Shown here: positions 19,059-33,852 of the stretch, piece by piece
Position numbering within the stretch: position 1 is the first letter of the stretch
How the letters are laid out: every line of letters starts with the position of its first letter
Assembly (NCBI GenBank): GCA_963700145.1
Contig: OY969474.1
Span: 4,576,001 to 4,640,000 of the forward strand
Reading direction: 5' to 3'
From: an uncultured Acidobacteriota bacterium
Lineage (GTDB): Bacteria; Acidobacteriota; Thermoanaerobaculia; Multivoradales; UBA5704
DNA length: 64,000 bases
Position numbers and translations under genes: made by a program
Notes under the pieces: generated by a model
Told to the model about the DNA's origin: nothing
Databases searched by the model: none
What the model saw: the letters and a program-made list of their open reading frames with translations, nothing else

Positions 19059-19454
19059 TCACCGCGGCAGATCGAGGGGAGTGAAGGGCTGAGGGAAGAG
19101 GTCGGCGAGGCGGACCTCCTCGCACGCGCCAGCCTCGTTGCAGACCAGGATCGGCAGGTCGGCGGCGAACTCCACCAGGGTCTGGCGGCAGAGGCCGCAG
19201 GGGCGGGCCGGCGGGTCGGTGTCGGTCACCACCGCCAGCGCCTGCGGCCGCCGCAGCCCGGCCGCCGCGGCGCGGGCGATCGCCAGCCGCTCGGCGCAGA
19301 TCGCGAGCGCCGGGATGCAGTTCTCGACGTTGCCCGAGGCGTGGATCGAGCCGTCCTCCATCAGCACCGCGGCGCCGACCGGGAAGCGGCTGTAGGGAGC
19401 GTAGGCGTTGGCGCGCGCCGCCCGCGCGGCGGCGACGAGGGGGTCCCAATCCAC
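19059..19454 (-). CDS. cdd: Cytidine deaminase (homotetrameric type)
   Basis: [29 protein letters not shown]. Confidence 0.93.
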   Translation of the reverse strand: MDWDPLVAAARAARANAYAPYSRFPVGAAVLMEDGSIHASGNVENCIPALAICAERLAIARAAAAGLRRPQALAVVTDTDPPARPCGLCRQTLVEFAADLPILVCNEAGACEEVRLADLFPQPFTPLDLPR

Positions 19455-19528
19455 ACCTCGTGATAGCGTGCGGCGGCTTTCGGTCCGCCGTCCGGCGGCC
19501 GATCACTTCACATCGCGGAGGAGAGGGC

Positions 19529-20785
<1,257 letters not shown>

Positions 20786-20809
20786 GAACCCGATCCAGGA
20801 GACCCTCCG

Positions 20810-21739
20810 ATGCGTCACAAAGTCACCGTCGTCGGCGCCGGCAACGTCGGCGCCACCACCGCGCAGCGGATCGCCGAGGCCGATCTCGCCGACGTCGTCA
20901 TGGTGGACGTGGCCGGCGACCTCGCCGCCGGCAAGGCGCTCGACATGATGGAGTCGGCGCCGGTGCTCGGCTTCAACGCCCGCATCGAAGGGGGCTCCGA
21001 CTACGCCCCGACCGCCGGCTCCGACGTCTGCGTCGTCACCGCCGGCATCGCGCGCAAGCCCGGCATGAGCCGCGACGACCTGCTGCGCACCAACGCCGGC
21101 ATCACCCGGCAGGTGATCGAGCAGCTGGTGCGCCACTCGCCCGACACCATCCTCATCATGGTCACCAACCCGCTCGACGCCATGTGCGAGGTGGCGCGGC
21201 GGGTCTCCGGCTTCCCGCGCGAGCGCGTCTTCGGCATGGCCGGCGTCCTCGACGCCGCGCGCATGCGCTACTTCATCGCCGCCGAGCTGGGAGTGTCGGT
21301 CGAGGACGTGGACGCCTTCGTCCTCGGCGGCCACGGCGACACGATGGTGCCGCTGCCGCGCTACGCCACGGTCAACGGCGTGCCGCTGCCGCAGCTCCTG
21401 CCGGCCGAGCGCATCGAGGCGATCAACCAGCGCACCCGCGACGGCGGCATCGAGATCGTCAACTACTACAAGACCGGCTCGGCCTACTACGCGCCGGCGG
21501 CGGCGTCCTACGAGATGGTCGCCGCGGTCCTCCACGACAAGAAGAAGATCCTCCCCTGCGCCGTCCTCCTGCAGGGCGAGTACGGCCTCCACGACCTCTT
21601 CGTCGGCGTGCCGGTCAAGCTCGGACAGGGCGGCGTCGAGCAGGTGATCGAGCTCGAGCTGACGGCCGAGGAGCGCACCGCGCTCGACCGCTCGGCCGAG
21701 GCGGTGCGCGGGCTGGTCGCCTCCCTCCCCGAGGGCTGA
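20810..21739 (+). CDS. mdh: Malate dehydrogenase (LDH-like)
   Basis: [35 protein letters not shown]. Confidence 0.96.
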   Translation: MRHKVTVVGAGNVGATTAQRIAEADLADVVMVDVAGDLAAGKALDMMESAPVLGFNARIEGGSDYAPTAGSDVCVVTAGIARKPGMSRDDLLRTNAGITRQVIEQLVRHSPDTILIMVTNPLDAMCEVARRVSGFPRERVFGMAGVLDAARMRYFIAAELGVSVEDVDAFVLGGHGDTMVPLPRYATVNGVPLPQLLPAERIEAINQRTRDGGIEIVNYYKTGSAYYAPAAASYEMVAAVLHDKKKILPCAVLLQGEYGLHDLFVGVPVKLGQGGVEQVIELELTAEERTALDRSAEAVRGLVASLPEG

Positions 21740-21801
21740 GCCGCCGGCGCCGCAACCTCGGCGCCGCGACCGCGTATCTAGCCCGCCACCCCCTCCTCGC
21801 C

Positions 21802-24228
21802 ATGCGCCACGCCAAACCGCTGATCGTCTGGACCTGCCTGGGCCTCGCGGGGGCCGGCTTCGCGGTCTGGGGCTTCCCGCGCGCCTTCCCCTTCCTGCCG
21901 CAGCGCTGGGAGGTCACCAAGCAGGAGGCGGTGGCGATCGCGCTCGAGCGGATGAACGACCTCGGCCCGCCCGTCGAGAACCCGTACGTCGTCGCCCAGC
22001 TCGGCTCCCACGACCTGCTCGAGCGGCGGCTGCACCTCGCCCTCGCCGCGGGCGGCGACCGCGAGCGGCTGCGGCGGAGCACGCTCGGGCAGGCGCTCCT
22101 CTTCTGGCGCGTCGTCGTCTACGCGCCCGGGGCGCTGCCGGAGGAGTGGACCTACATGGCGCGCGTCGGGCTCGGCGGCGAGCTGCTCGACCTGCGGCTG
22201 CGCCTCGCCCCCGAGGAGAAGGGCCGGCGGATCGAGCCGGCGGCGGCGCGGCAGCGCGCCGACGCCTTCCTCACCGAGCAGGGCTTCGACCTGGCGCGCT
22301 TCCGCGAGCCCGAGGTGCGCGCCGCGCAGCTCCAGGCGCGCACCGACACGACGCTGCGCTACGTCGAGCGCGACCTGGCGCTCGGCGAGGAGCTCCCCTA
22401 CGGCGTCGAGGTCGGCTTCGGCGGCGACCGCCTGACGGGCTTCCAGTTCCGCCACGACGACCCGCAGCGGGCGCGGCTCGAAGCGGCGATCCAGCCGGCG
22501 GTCCTGCGCAGCACGATGCTCATCTTCGCGGTCTTCGTCGTCCTGCCGGTCGTCGGCGTGCTCTTCGTCCGCCGCTACCACGCCGGCGAGGTGGGAGTGA
22601 AGCGCGGCGTGCAGATCATGGCCGCCGTCTGGGGCGCGAGCCTCCTCCTCGTCCTGGCCACCGCGCGCACCGCCGCGCAGAACGTGCAGTTCGGCCCGCT
22701 CACCCGCGCGCAGAACACCTGGGTGTGGGCGGCGCAGATGGGCCTGCTCTTCTTCCTCTCGCTGTCGCTGGTCTGCCTGCTCGCCTGGTCGGTGGGGGAG
22801 GCGCTCTGCCGCGAGCGCCGGGGCGAGAAGCTCGCCGCCTTCGACGCGCTGTTCCACCGCGACTGGGCGAACGCGACGGTTGCCCGCTCGGCGCTGGTGG
22901 GGACCGCCGCCGGTCTGGCCCTGGCGGGCGGCGCGGTGGCCCTCGGCCTCGCCACCTCCCGCTGGGGTCACTGGCCGGTCCTCTCGTTCCATCTCGGCTC
23001 CTGGTGGTCGAGCGCCTCCTGGCCGGGCGTGGCGCTGCTGCTCTCCTGCTTCGTCTTCGTGCTCTACGGGGAGCTGGTCGGGCGCCTCACCCTGGTGCCG
23101 CTGCTGACGCGGCGGCTCGGCATCGTCGCCGGCGGCGCGCTCGCCACACTCCTCTCCACCCTCTTCCTCTTCGGCTCGCCGGCGCTGCCGCTCTTCTCAC
23201 AAGGCTGGGGGCTGGCGACGACGGCGCTGGCGACGGCGGCCCTGGTCGCCCTCTTCCTCGCCTACGACTTGCTGGGCGTGCTGATCGCCGCGTTCGTCGC
23301 CCAGGTGCTGCTCGGCGGCCTGCCGCTCCTCCTCGCCGCGGACCGCTCGCTCCAGCTCCAGGGCTGCCTGCCGCTCCTCGCCGGCGCGCTGCCGCTCCTC
23401 CTCTCCATCCGCCACCTCGGGAGCGAGCGGGAGTTCGAGTACCGCTACGACGACGTGCCGCCGCACGTGCGGCGGATCGCCGAGCGCGAGCGGCAGCGGG
23501 TGGAGCTGGAGACCGCGCGCGGCATCCAGAGCTCGATCCTGCCCGACCTGCCGCCGAGCCTCAACGGCGTGGACATCGCCCACGCCTACCTGCCGGCCAC
23601 CGAGGTGGGCGGCGACTTCTACGACGTGCTGGCGCTGGAGGACGGGCGGCTGGCGGTGGCGGTCGGCGACGTCGCCGGGCACGGCGTCTCGAGCGGCCTG
23701 GTGATGTCGATGGCGAAGTCGGCCCTGGCGGTGCAGGTGACCTTCGACCCGGAGGTCCGCCCGGTCTTCGCGACCCTCAACCGCATGGTCTTCCAGACGG
23801 CGCGCAAGCGCCTCCTGGCCACCCTCTGCTACGCCCTTCTCGACCCGGCGCGCCGCGAGCTGGTCTATGCCAGCGCCGGCCACCTCTACCCGTACGTCGT
23901 GAGCCGCGACGGCCGGGTGCTCGCCCTGGAGTCCACCTCCTACCCGCTCGGCGTGCGCGGCCTGCTGGCGATCGAGCCGCGGACCGTCAAGCTCCGCGCC
24001 GGCGACGTCCTCTTCATGTTCAGCGACGGCCTGGTCGAGGCGCGGCCGGAGGAAGGCACCGAGCCCTTCGGCTTCGACCGCCTGGAAGAGAGCCTCGCCC
24101 GCCACCACGGCAAGGATGTCGAGAGCCTGCGCGACGCCGTCCTGGCCGACGTCCGCCGCCACACCCGCAACGCGCCACGCGAGGACGACCAGACGGTGCT
24201 CGTCCTGCGGCTGCCGGAGGACGGCTAG
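21802..24228 (+). CDS. Multi-TM membrane protein with C-terminal PP2C/SpoIIE phosphatase
   Basis: Periplasmic domain plus many TM helices, then [34 protein letters not shown]. Confidence 0.9.
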   Translation: MRHAKPLIVWTCLGLAGAGFAVWGFPRAFPFLPQRWEVTKQEAVAIALERMNDLGPPVENPYVVAQLGSHDLLERRLHLALAAGGDRERLRRSTLGQALLFWRVVVYAPGALPEEWTYMARVGLGGELLDLRLRLAPEEKGRRIEPAAARQRADAFLTEQGFDLARFREPEVRAAQLQARTDTTLRYVERDLALGEELPYGVEVGFGGDRLTGFQFRHDDPQRARLEAAIQPAVLRSTMLIFAVFVVLPVVGVLFVRRYHAGEVGVKRGVQIMAAVWGASLLLVLATARTAAQNVQFGPLTRAQNTWVWAAQMGLLFFLSLSLVCLLAWSVGEALCRERRGEKLAAFDALFHRDWANATVARSALVGTAAGLALAGGAVALGLATSRWGHWPVLSFHLGSWWSSASWPGVALLLSCFVFVLYGELVGRLTLVPLLTRRLGIVAGGALATLLSTLFLFGSPALPLFSQGWGLATTALATAALVALFLAYDLLGVLIAAFVAQVLLGGLPLLLAADRSLQLQGCLPLLAGALPLLLSIRHLGSEREFEYRYDDVPPHVRRIAERERQRVELETARGIQSSILPDLPPSLNGVDIAHAYLPATEVGGDFYDVLALEDGRLAVAVGDVAGHGVSSGLVMSMAKSALAVQVTFDPEVRPVFATLNRMVFQTARKRLLATLCYALLDPARRELVYASAGHLYPYVVSRDGRVLALESTSYPLGVRGLLAIEPRTVKLRAGDVLFMFSDGLVEARPEEGTEPFGFDRLEESLARHHGKDVESLRDAVLADVRRHTRNAPREDDQTVLVLRLPEDG

Positions 24229-24479
24229 ACCTGTTCCGGATCCCCCGACAGGTCTGTATGCTTCTTCATACGGTCCCGTCGCGCCGGCGGGCGCCGCGGC
24301 CGCCTGGAGCCGGCCGCGGCCTCCACCCCAAGTCTCGCCGCGTCTAGCACTTGCGGCAGGCGGCCCGGATGCGGAGCGGCGCCGGGCCGCGGCAGCCCAG
24401 CCGGGCACCGCCATTGCCCTAGAGGCCCCGCGACGCCACGGGCGCGCCGCCCGTGCCGGTCGTGGAGGTGCGACGCACC

Positions 24480-25865
24480 ATGATCCTCTCCCGCCCCACG
24501 CTGGCCCTCGCCCTGCTCCTCCTCGCCGCCGCGGCGGCAGGCGCGCAGGAGCCCGCGCCGCCGCCCGGCGAGCCGGCCCGCTTCCTCGTCGAGACGATCA
24601 CCGTCGAGGGCGCGCGCCCAGCCGCCGCCCGCATCGTCGAGGCGGAGAGCCTGCTGCGCACCGGCGAGTCGTACACCGAGACCGACCTGCGCCAGGCGGT
24701 GGCGCGCATCCACCGCCTGCCCTTCGTGCTCGAGGTCGTCTTCTCCCTGCGCAAGGGGAGCGTGCGCGGCGCCTACGAGCTGCTGATCGAGGTGCAGCAG
24801 GCGCGCTGGTTCTTCTTCGAGCGCGACAACCAGCTCACCTTCTTCGACGAGCCGCTGGCGCTCGACAGCCTGTCGCGGAACGAGACCACCTTCCGCTGGT
24901 TCGGCCTCGTCGGCGCGCGCGCCTTCGCCGGCCGCTCCGGCGTCGGCTTCGTGGGCGTCAGCGGCGTGAGCGTCCAGGCCGGCTACAGCCACTACGACCT
25001 CTTCGGCCGCGGCATCCTGGCCAGCGTCGGCTACTCGAGGGGGCTCACCGAGGTGGAGGACCCCCTGCCCTACGGCATCGATCCCAATCTCGCGGTCTGG
25101 GAGTGGGGCGACACCCAGAAGCTCTCGCTGAGCTTGGCCGTCCCGCTCTCCCGTGACGACTCCTTCCACTTCGCGTGGAGCGATCGCCGGGGGCAGGCGT
25201 CGGCCCGCCGCGAGGTCTTCGGGCCCTTCCGCCTTCCGCTCGAGCCGCTCGAGTTCATCGATGACGGCGAGCTGACCATGCGACGCGGCGAGGCGAAATG
25301 GGTGCGCGACACGAGCGACGACCCGCTGCTGCCCACCGGCGGCTTCACGCTCTCGGCGGGGCTCGAGTACGTCGCGTTCGAGGCGCGGGAGCTCACCGGC
25401 CTGCGGTTCGACCCCGAGCACTTCGAGCGCGCGCCGGAGCCGTTCGCGCCGCCGCCGTTCACCGGCGAGCAGGTCGTGGCCGCGTTCTCCGCCCTCCGCC
25501 ACCGGTCGCTGACGCCGCGGCAGTCGGTCTCGGCCGGCGGCCGCCTCTCCCTCGGCCGGTCGCGGGTCGAGAACCTGCCGCTCGGCGACACCTTTGTCGA
25601 CGAGATCGACCTCGACGTCTTCGGCGCGGCGCTGCAGGCCCGCCACCAGTGGCGCCTCTGGACGCGGCGCGGGGAGGCCGGCCTGGCCGACCTCTACCTC
25701 GAGAGCGGGGCCGCGGCGGGCGTCGAGTGGACCTCGCCCGACCTCGCCACCGCCCACGACCCGCTGGAGCGGCTGGAGCTCTCGACCGCCCTGGTCTTCC
25801 GCAACGAGTGGGGCCGGATCCGCCTCAAGCTGACGTTCCTCGACCTGGGCGAGGTGCGGCCGTGA
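24480..25865 (+). CDS. Outer-membrane protein with N-terminal POTRA-like domain
   Basis: Signal peptide, VETITVEGA...GESYTETDLRQAVARIHRLPF (POTRA-like), amphipathic beta strands downstream. Confidence 0.65.
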   Translation: MILSRPTLALALLLLAAAAAGAQEPAPPPGEPARFLVETITVEGARPAAARIVEAESLLRTGESYTETDLRQAVARIHRLPFVLEVVFSLRKGSVRGAYELLIEVQQARWFFFERDNQLTFFDEPLALDSLSRNETTFRWFGLVGARAFAGRSGVGFVGVSGVSVQAGYSHYDLFGRGILASVGYSRGLTEVEDPLPYGIDPNLAVWEWGDTQKLSLSLAVPLSRDDSFHFAWSDRRGQASARREVFGPFRLPLEPLEFIDDGELTMRRGEAKWVRDTSDDPLLPTGGFTLSAGLEYVAFEARELTGLRFDPEHFERAPEPFAPPPFTGEQVVAAFSALRHRSLTPRQSVSAGGRLSLGRSRVENLPLGDTFVDEIDLDVFGAALQARHQWRLWTRRGEAGLADLYLESGAAAGVEWTSPDLATAHDPLERLELSTALVFRNEWGRIRLKLTFLDLGEVRP

Positions 25866-26503
25866 GGCCGGCGGCGCTGCCCCTCCTCCTGCTCCTCGCC
25901 GCGCCCCGGGCGGCCACGGCCGAAACCGTCCCGGCGCTCGAGCGGCCGCCCGGCCCCTGGCTGGTCCTGGCGCGGCTGCCGCCGCTGCTCGCCCGCGAGG
26001 AGGTCCGCAAGCACCTGGAGACCGGGCTCACCACGACCTTCGCCTTCCACGCCCGCGCCGCCGGCGCCGGCGAAGCGGCCGAGGGCGCGGCGCGCGTGGA
26101 CGTCCGCTACGAGCCCTGGGACGAGGTCTACTGGGTGACGCGGGCGGACGTCTCCGGCAAGGTCTCGCGCGTCACCTTCGCCTCCTTCGACCGGCTCGCC
26201 CGCTGGTGGCAGGAGCTGCGATTGGAGATCATCAAGGCGCCGCCGCCCGGTACGGGCCGCGTCGAGGTGCGCCTGCGGGTGATCCCCTTCTCCCACTCCG
26301 AGCAGCTCGACGCTCAGCGCTGGTTCTCCCAGGCCCTGGCCGAGGAGGAGCCGGGCGGGGCAGGATCGGTCTCGCAGGTGACCAAGGACCAGCCCGAGAC
26401 CTTCCGCGACCTGCTCAACCTCCTGATGGCGACCTCGATCCGCCGCCCGGCGCTGCTGGAGTACGAGTGGACGCTGGCCGTCCCGCGCGAGGGCAAGCGG
26501 TGA
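25862..26503 (+). CDS. Periplasmic protein, DUF4390-like
   Basis: Signal peptide, LETGLTTTF, VRYEPWDEVY. Position directly before a histidine kinase as in NtrYX loci. Confidence 0.6.
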   Translation: MRPAALPLLLLLAAPRAATAETVPALERPPGPWLVLARLPPLLAREEVRKHLETGLTTTFAFHARAAGAGEAAEGAARVDVRYEPWDEVYWVTRADVSGKVSRVTFASFDRLARWWQELRLEIIKAPPPGTGRVEVRLRVIPFSHSEQLDAQRWFSQALAEEEPGGAGSVSQVTKDQPETFRDLLNLLMATSIRRPALLEYEWTLAVPREGKR

Positions 26504-27725
26504 GCTGGCGCTCGGTCCTCGCCACGCTCGGCGGCATCGTCCTCGCCGCGGCGGCGGTGCTCTGGCTCGTCGAGCGGCAGATCTCCTCGGCCTGGTTCCG
26601 CGTCGGCCTGCAGCCCGAGGTCGTCGCCGCGCTGGAGCGCTCGCTCGACGACCGCAAGGCCCTGGCGCGGCTCGACCCGGCGCGCGAGGCCGAGTACCGC
26701 CGCCGCTTCGAGGCCGACCAGGCGGTGCTCAACCGGCTGCGCATCCTGGAGCACAACCGCGCCGAGATCGTGCGCCGCTACGAGCTGCTGCTGCTCGGCG
26801 CGGTCGGGACCGTCCTGATCGCCGCCGGCGGCGCCCACCTGCTGCGGCAGCGCGCCCGGGAGCGGCGGATCGAGCGGCTGCGCGACGCCCTCGTCGAGCT
26901 CTCCGCCGGGCGCGACGACGTGGTCCTCGGCGATCGGCGCCGCGACACTCTGGGCCGTATCGCGGCGATGGTCGAGGAGACCTCGCGGGTGATGACGCGC
27001 GACCGCCGCCGCCTGGCCTACCTCCGCAACCTCTCGGGCTGGCAGGAGGCGGCCCGCCGCCACGCCCACGAGATGCGGACGCCGCTCGCCGCCGCCCGCC
27101 TCGAGCTCGACCGGCTGCGCGACGCCCTCGGCGGCGACGAGGTCGCCCGGCCCGCCGAGGCGCGGCAGGCCGCCGAGAGCCTGCGCGAGGAGCTCGACCG
27201 CCTCGGCCGCTTCACGCGCCAGTTCACGACCTTCGGCCGGCTGCCGCGCCCGCGCCTCGCGGTCTGCGACCTGGCGCCGCTGGTCGGCGAGTTCGCCGCC
27301 ACCTTCGCCCGCGCCTGGCCGAACCTGGAGCTCGTGCTCGACCCCCCGGAGGGCTCGCCGGCGGGTCGCTTCCTCGCGGCGGCGGATCGCGACATGCTGC
27401 GCCAGGTGCTCGTCAACCTCTGCGACAACAGCGCCCAGGCCCTCGGCGAGCGCCGCGGCGCCGTCGTCCTGCGCCTCGGCGGGGCGGCGGCGAGCGTCCA
27501 TCTCGAGCTCCGCGACGACGGTCCGGGGATCGCCCCCGAGGTGCGCGCCCGCCTCTTCGAGCCCTACGTCACCACCCGCCGCGAAGGCGAGGGGATGGGG
27601 CTCGGGCTGGCGATCTCGAAGAAGGTCCTGCTCGACCACGGCGGCGACCTCGAGCTCGCCGCCACCTCCGCGGCGGGCACCACGTTCCGCCTGACCTTCC
27701 CCGCCGCCGCGCAGGGCGGCGCGCC

Positions 27726-27729
<4 letters not shown>
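26500..27729 (+). CDS. Sensor histidine kinase (NtrY-like)
   Basis: Two TM helices, WQEAARRHAHEMRTPL (H-box), NLCDNS, DDGPGI, FEPYVTT, GMGLGL. Confidence 0.92.
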
Positions 27730-29107
<1,378 letters not shown>

Positions 29108-29192
29108 TACACTGCCGCGGCTGCGGCCGCCCCTCGCGTGCGGCCGTCTTCCCAACCAAGGCCTCTCGAGCGGGATCTCGAGGAGGGAGCGT

Positions 29193-30370
<1,178 letters not shown>

Positions 30371-30371
<1 letters not shown>

Positions 30372-31249
30372 TGGCCATCTGGGTGAACAACGACACGCGC
30401 CTCCTGGTGCAGGGGATCACCGGCAAGGAGGGGACCTTCCACGCCCTCGGCTGCCGCGACTACGGCACGCGCGTCGTCGCCGGCGTCACCCCCGGCAAGG
30501 GCGGCGAGACCGTCGAGGGCATCCCGGTCTTCGACACCGTCGCCGACGCGCGCGCGGCGACCGGCTGCAACGCCACGATGATCTTCGTGCCGCCCCCCTT
30601 CGCCGCCGACGCGGTGATGGAGGCCGCCGCGGCGGGGATCGAGCTCGTGGTCTGCATCACCGAGGGCATCCCGGTGGCCGACATGCTGAAGGTCAAGACC
30701 TTCCTGCGCGACCACCCGACGCGGCTCGTCGGCCCCAACTGTCCCGGCGTCATCTCGCCGGGGATGGCGAAGATCGGCATCATGCCCGGGCACATCCACC
30801 GCCCCGGGCACGTCGGCGTCGTCAGCCGCTCGGGCACGCTCACCTACGAGGCGGTCTGGCAGCTCACCAACCTCGGGCTCGGGCAATCGACCTGCGTCGG
30901 CATCGGCGGCGACCCGGTCAACGGCACCAACTTCATCGACTGCCTGGAAGCCTTCGCCGCCGACCCCGAGACCGAGGCGGTCATCCTGATCGGCGAGATC
31001 GGCGGCAGCGCCGAGGAGGAGGCCGCGGCCTGGGTCGAGGAGCACTTCGACCGGCCGGTCGTCGGCTTCATCGCCGGGCGCACGGCGCCGCCGGGCCGGC
31101 GGATGGGGCACGCCGGGGCGATCGTCGCCGGCGGCAAGGGGACGGCGGCCGAGAAGATGGAGGCGCTGCGCGCGGCCGGCATCCAGGTCGTCGAGTCGCC
31201 GGCCGAGATGGGCGCGACGGTCGCCAAGGCCCTGTCGTCCCGGGCGTGA
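30371..31249 (+). CDS. sucD: Succinyl-CoA ligase alpha subunit
   Basis: [41 protein letters not shown]. Confidence 0.97.
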
Positions 31250-31923
31250 GCGAGGGATCGATCGATCGCCTTCCCGGCGCCGGCTGGCTGGCACTGCTCG
31301 GCGGCGGCGAGTTCAGCTTCGGCGAGACCCTCGACGCCGACCGCGCCTGGCTGGCCAAGGCGCCGCCGGGACCGATCGGCTTCGTCCCCGCCGCCAGCGG
31401 CTCCTCGGACTACGGCGTCCACCTCGCCAAGTACTTCGAGGGCGGCTTCGGGCGCGCGGTCGAGACGATCCCGATCTACCGCCCGCGCGACGCCCGCCGC
31501 GGCCGCAACGCCGAGCGGATCGCCGCCGTCGCCGCGGTCTACCTCGGCGGTGGCGTCACCGACCACCTGCTCGAGGCGCTCGCCGGCTCACCGGCCGCCG
31601 AGGCGCTGGCCGGGAAGCTCCGCGACGGCGGCGTCGTGGCCGCCATCGCCGCCGCGGCCCAGTGCGCCGGGCGGGTGGCGCGCAGCATCTTCGGCGGCGG
31701 CACGGTGCCGGGGCTCGGCTGGCTGCCGGACGCCGCGGTCGAGCCCAACTTCGACCCCGGCCACGACCGGCGGCTGCGCAAGCTGATGGCGGCGCCGGGA
31801 GTGGAAATCGGGCTCGGCATCCCGGCCGGCGCGGCGCTGCTGCTCGGGCCGGAAGGCGCGGTCGAGGTGGCGGGGACGGCCTTCCGCCTGCACGGCGCCG
31901 ACGGCGATTTGGAGGTTTTGTAG
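31246..31923 (+). CDS. Peptidase S51/cyanophycinase-like protein lacking catalytic residues
   Basis: [20 protein letters not shown]. The G-x-S-A-G-A position reads AIAAAA and PHF reads PNF. Confidence 0.72.
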   Translation: MSEGSIDRLPGAGWLALLGGGEFSFGETLDADRAWLAKAPPGPIGFVPAASGSSDYGVHLAKYFEGGFGRAVETIPIYRPRDARRGRNAERIAAVAAVYLGGGVTDHLLEALAGSPAAEALAGKLRDGGVVAAIAAAAQCAGRVARSIFGGGTVPGLGWLPDAAVEPNFDPGHDRRLRKLMAAPGVEIGLGIPAGAALLLGPEGAVEVAGTAFRLHGADGDLEVL

Positions 31924-31950
31924 CGCCCGGGCCACGTCCCGGGCGTTTTT
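31924..31950 (+). terminator. Rho-independent terminator-like hairpin
   Basis: CGCCCGGG-ccacgt-CCCGGGCG followed by TTTTT. Confidence 0.7.
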
Positions 31951-31962
31951 CTAGGAGACGAC

Positions 31963-32385
31963 ATGGAGCAGACGCTCGCGATCCTCAAGCCCGACAGCAT
32001 CGCCGCCGGCCACGCCGGCAAGATCCTGGCCCACCTGCAGGAGAAGGGGTTCACCATCCGCGCCCTCAAGATGGTGCGGCTCTCGACCGACCAGGCGCGC
32101 GCCTTCTACGAGGTGCACAAGGAGCGGCCGTTCTACGCCGGCCTGGTGGAGTTCATGACCGGCGGGCCGGTGGTACCGGTCGTCCTCGAGGGCGAGAACG
32201 CCGTCGCCGCGCTGCGCGAGGCGATGGGCGCGACCGACGTCGCCAAGGCGGCGCCGGGCACCGTGCGCGCCCTCTACGGCACCTCCATCGAGCGCAACGC
32301 CATCCACGGCAGCGACTCGCCCGAGAACGCGGCGCGCGAGATCGCCTTCTTCTTCTCCCAGGCCGAGCTGCTCGCCGCGCGGTAG
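31963..32385 (+). CDS. ndk: Nucleoside diphosphate kinase
   Basis: TLAILKPD, FYEVHKERPF, PGTVR, NAIHGSDS. Confidence 0.97.
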   Translation: MEQTLAILKPDSIAAGHAGKILAHLQEKGFTIRALKMVRLSTDQARAFYEVHKERPFYAGLVEFMTGGPVVPVVLEGENAVAALREAMGATDVAKAAPGTVRALYGTSIERNAIHGSDSPENAAREIAFFFSQAELLAAR

Positions 32386-32395
32386 GCTGAAGGCG

Positions 32396-32674
32396 ATGGT
32401 CTACCGCAACCCGCAGGCCGCGCCGATGAGCCAGGTGCCGGAGGAGCGGCGCGGCCGCGTCGTCGGCCGCTTCTGTCTCGTCTGCGGCACGGTCTACCCC
32501 GAGCAGCGCGCCCGCCACAGCGGCCGCCCGGTCTACGGCCGCGACCACATCGCGGCGCCCTGCGCCCACGAGGGGGGCCGCTTCGAGCCCGGCGAGGCGT
32601 GGTGGGAGCCGGCCGTCGAGGTGCTGCCGCCGCCGCCCCCGCCCCCCGCGCCGCCGGCCCAGCCCGCCGCCTGA
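32396..32674 (+). CDS. Small hypothetical Cys/His (possible Zn-binding) protein
   Basis: FCLVCG...RH...DH...PCAH and a Pro-rich tail. Fills the gap between ndk and the UDG gene. Confidence 0.6.
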   Translation: MVYRNPQAAPMSQVPEERRGRVVGRFCLVCGTVYPEQRARHSGRPVYGRDHIAAPCAHEGGRFEPGEAWWEPAVEVLPPPPPPPAPPAQPAA

Positions 32675-32679
32675 CGCGG

Positions 32680-33306
32680 GTGCGCGGCGCCGTCGATCCC
32701 GAGCTCGCCGCCCACGTCGAGGAGCTGGTCCGCTGCCGCCGCTGCCCGACGGTGGTGCCGCCGCCGGTCGCGGCGCTGCCGCTCGGCCGCCCGCGCCTGA
32801 TGGTCGTCGGCCAGGCCCCCGGCCCGCGCGAGGCCGACCGGGAGCGCCTCTTCGCCCACACCGCCGGCACCCGCCTCTTCTCCTGGTTCGCCGAGCTGGG
32901 GGTGCCCGAGGAGGAGGCGCGCGCCCGCATCTGGATCGCGGCGGCGATCCGCTGCTTCCCCGGCCGCGCGCCGCAAGGCGGCGACCGCGTGCCCTCGCCG
33001 CAGGAGGTCGCCAACTGCGCCCCCTGGCTGGAGCGCGAGCTGCGCCTCCTCGAGCCGCTGACGATCATCGCCCTCGGCCAGCTCGGGATCAGCCGCTTCC
33101 TGCCACCGGCGCCGCTAGCCGACCGCGTCGGCCGCGTCTTCGAAGTGGAGCGCGACGGCCGCACCTTCGAGGTCGTCCCCCTCCCGCACCCCTCCGGCCG
33201 CAGCACCTGGCTCAACCACCCCGAGAACCAGAAGCGCCTCCGGCGGGCGCTGGCGCTGCTCAAGAAGACGCGGGGCTGGCGGGCGACGTTCGGCGACCGG
33301 AGATAG
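32680..33306 (+). CDS. Uracil-DNA glycosylase superfamily protein
   Basis: CRRC, VVGQAPG, RCFPG, NCAPWL, PLPHPSG. Confidence 0.88.
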   Translation: MRGAVDPELAAHVEELVRCRRCPTVVPPPVAALPLGRPRLMVVGQAPGPREADRERLFAHTAGTRLFSWFAELGVPEEEARARIWIAAAIRCFPGRAPQGGDRVPSPQEVANCAPWLERELRLLEPLTIIALGQLGISRFLPPAPLADRVGRVFEVERDGRTFEVVPLPHPSGRSTWLNHPENQKRLRRALALLKKTRGWRATFGDRR

Positions 33307-33318
33307 AGTCTCGGCGCG

Positions 33319-33519
33319 ATGCGCACGAACATCGTCCTGGACGACGAGCTGGTCGCCGAAGCGGCCCGGCTGAGCGGCATCAAGACGAAGAAGGACTTGG
33401 TTCACGAGGCGCTGCGGCATTTCGTCGAGAGCAAGCGCCGCAAGAGCCTCCTCGACCTCGTCGGCAGGGTGGAGCTGGACCCGGAGTACGACTACAAGAA
33501 GCTCCGCGCCGGCCGGTGA
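33319..33519 (+). CDS. VapB-family antitoxin
   Basis: MRTNIVLDDELVAEA...TKKDLVHEALR RHH-like signature. GTGA overlap with the PIN gene. Confidence 0.88.
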   Translation: MRTNIVLDDELVAEAARLSGIKTKKDLVHEALRHFVESKRRKSLLDLVGRVELDPEYDYKKLRAGR

Positions 33520-33852
33520 CCGTCGTCGACACCTCGGTCCTCGTTGATCTCTCGCGGCGGCGGGGGCTGCTGGAGACGCTCACCTCCCGCACGCTCCTCT
33601 CGCCCCGCGACGCCGCCGCGACCCACATCGCCGTCGCCCCTGTACTACGACTGCCGGCGACGCGGCATCACCATCCGCTCCGCCGACTGCTTCATCGCGC
33701 AGCTCGTCCTCGAGGAGGAGGCCGTCCTGCTCCACGACGACGAAGACTTCGAGCGCCTCCGCGAAGTCTGCCCCGCTCGAGACTCTCAGGGGCTGACTCA
33801 GGGAAGGTTTCCGCCGCGCCGGGGAGTTGAGTCAACGCCGGCAATGAGTTAG
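33516..33852 (+). pseudogene. VapC/PIN toxin remnant (internal deletion plus frameshift)
   Basis: VVDTSVLVD start in one frame; CRRRGITIRSADCFIAQ...LLHDDEDFE in another. The segment carrying the central Glu appears to be missing. Confidence 0.72.

Noticed and set aside
24229-24273. Two short hairpins after the PP2C gene
   Set aside because: Short and imperfect with no U tract; not distinguishable from background.
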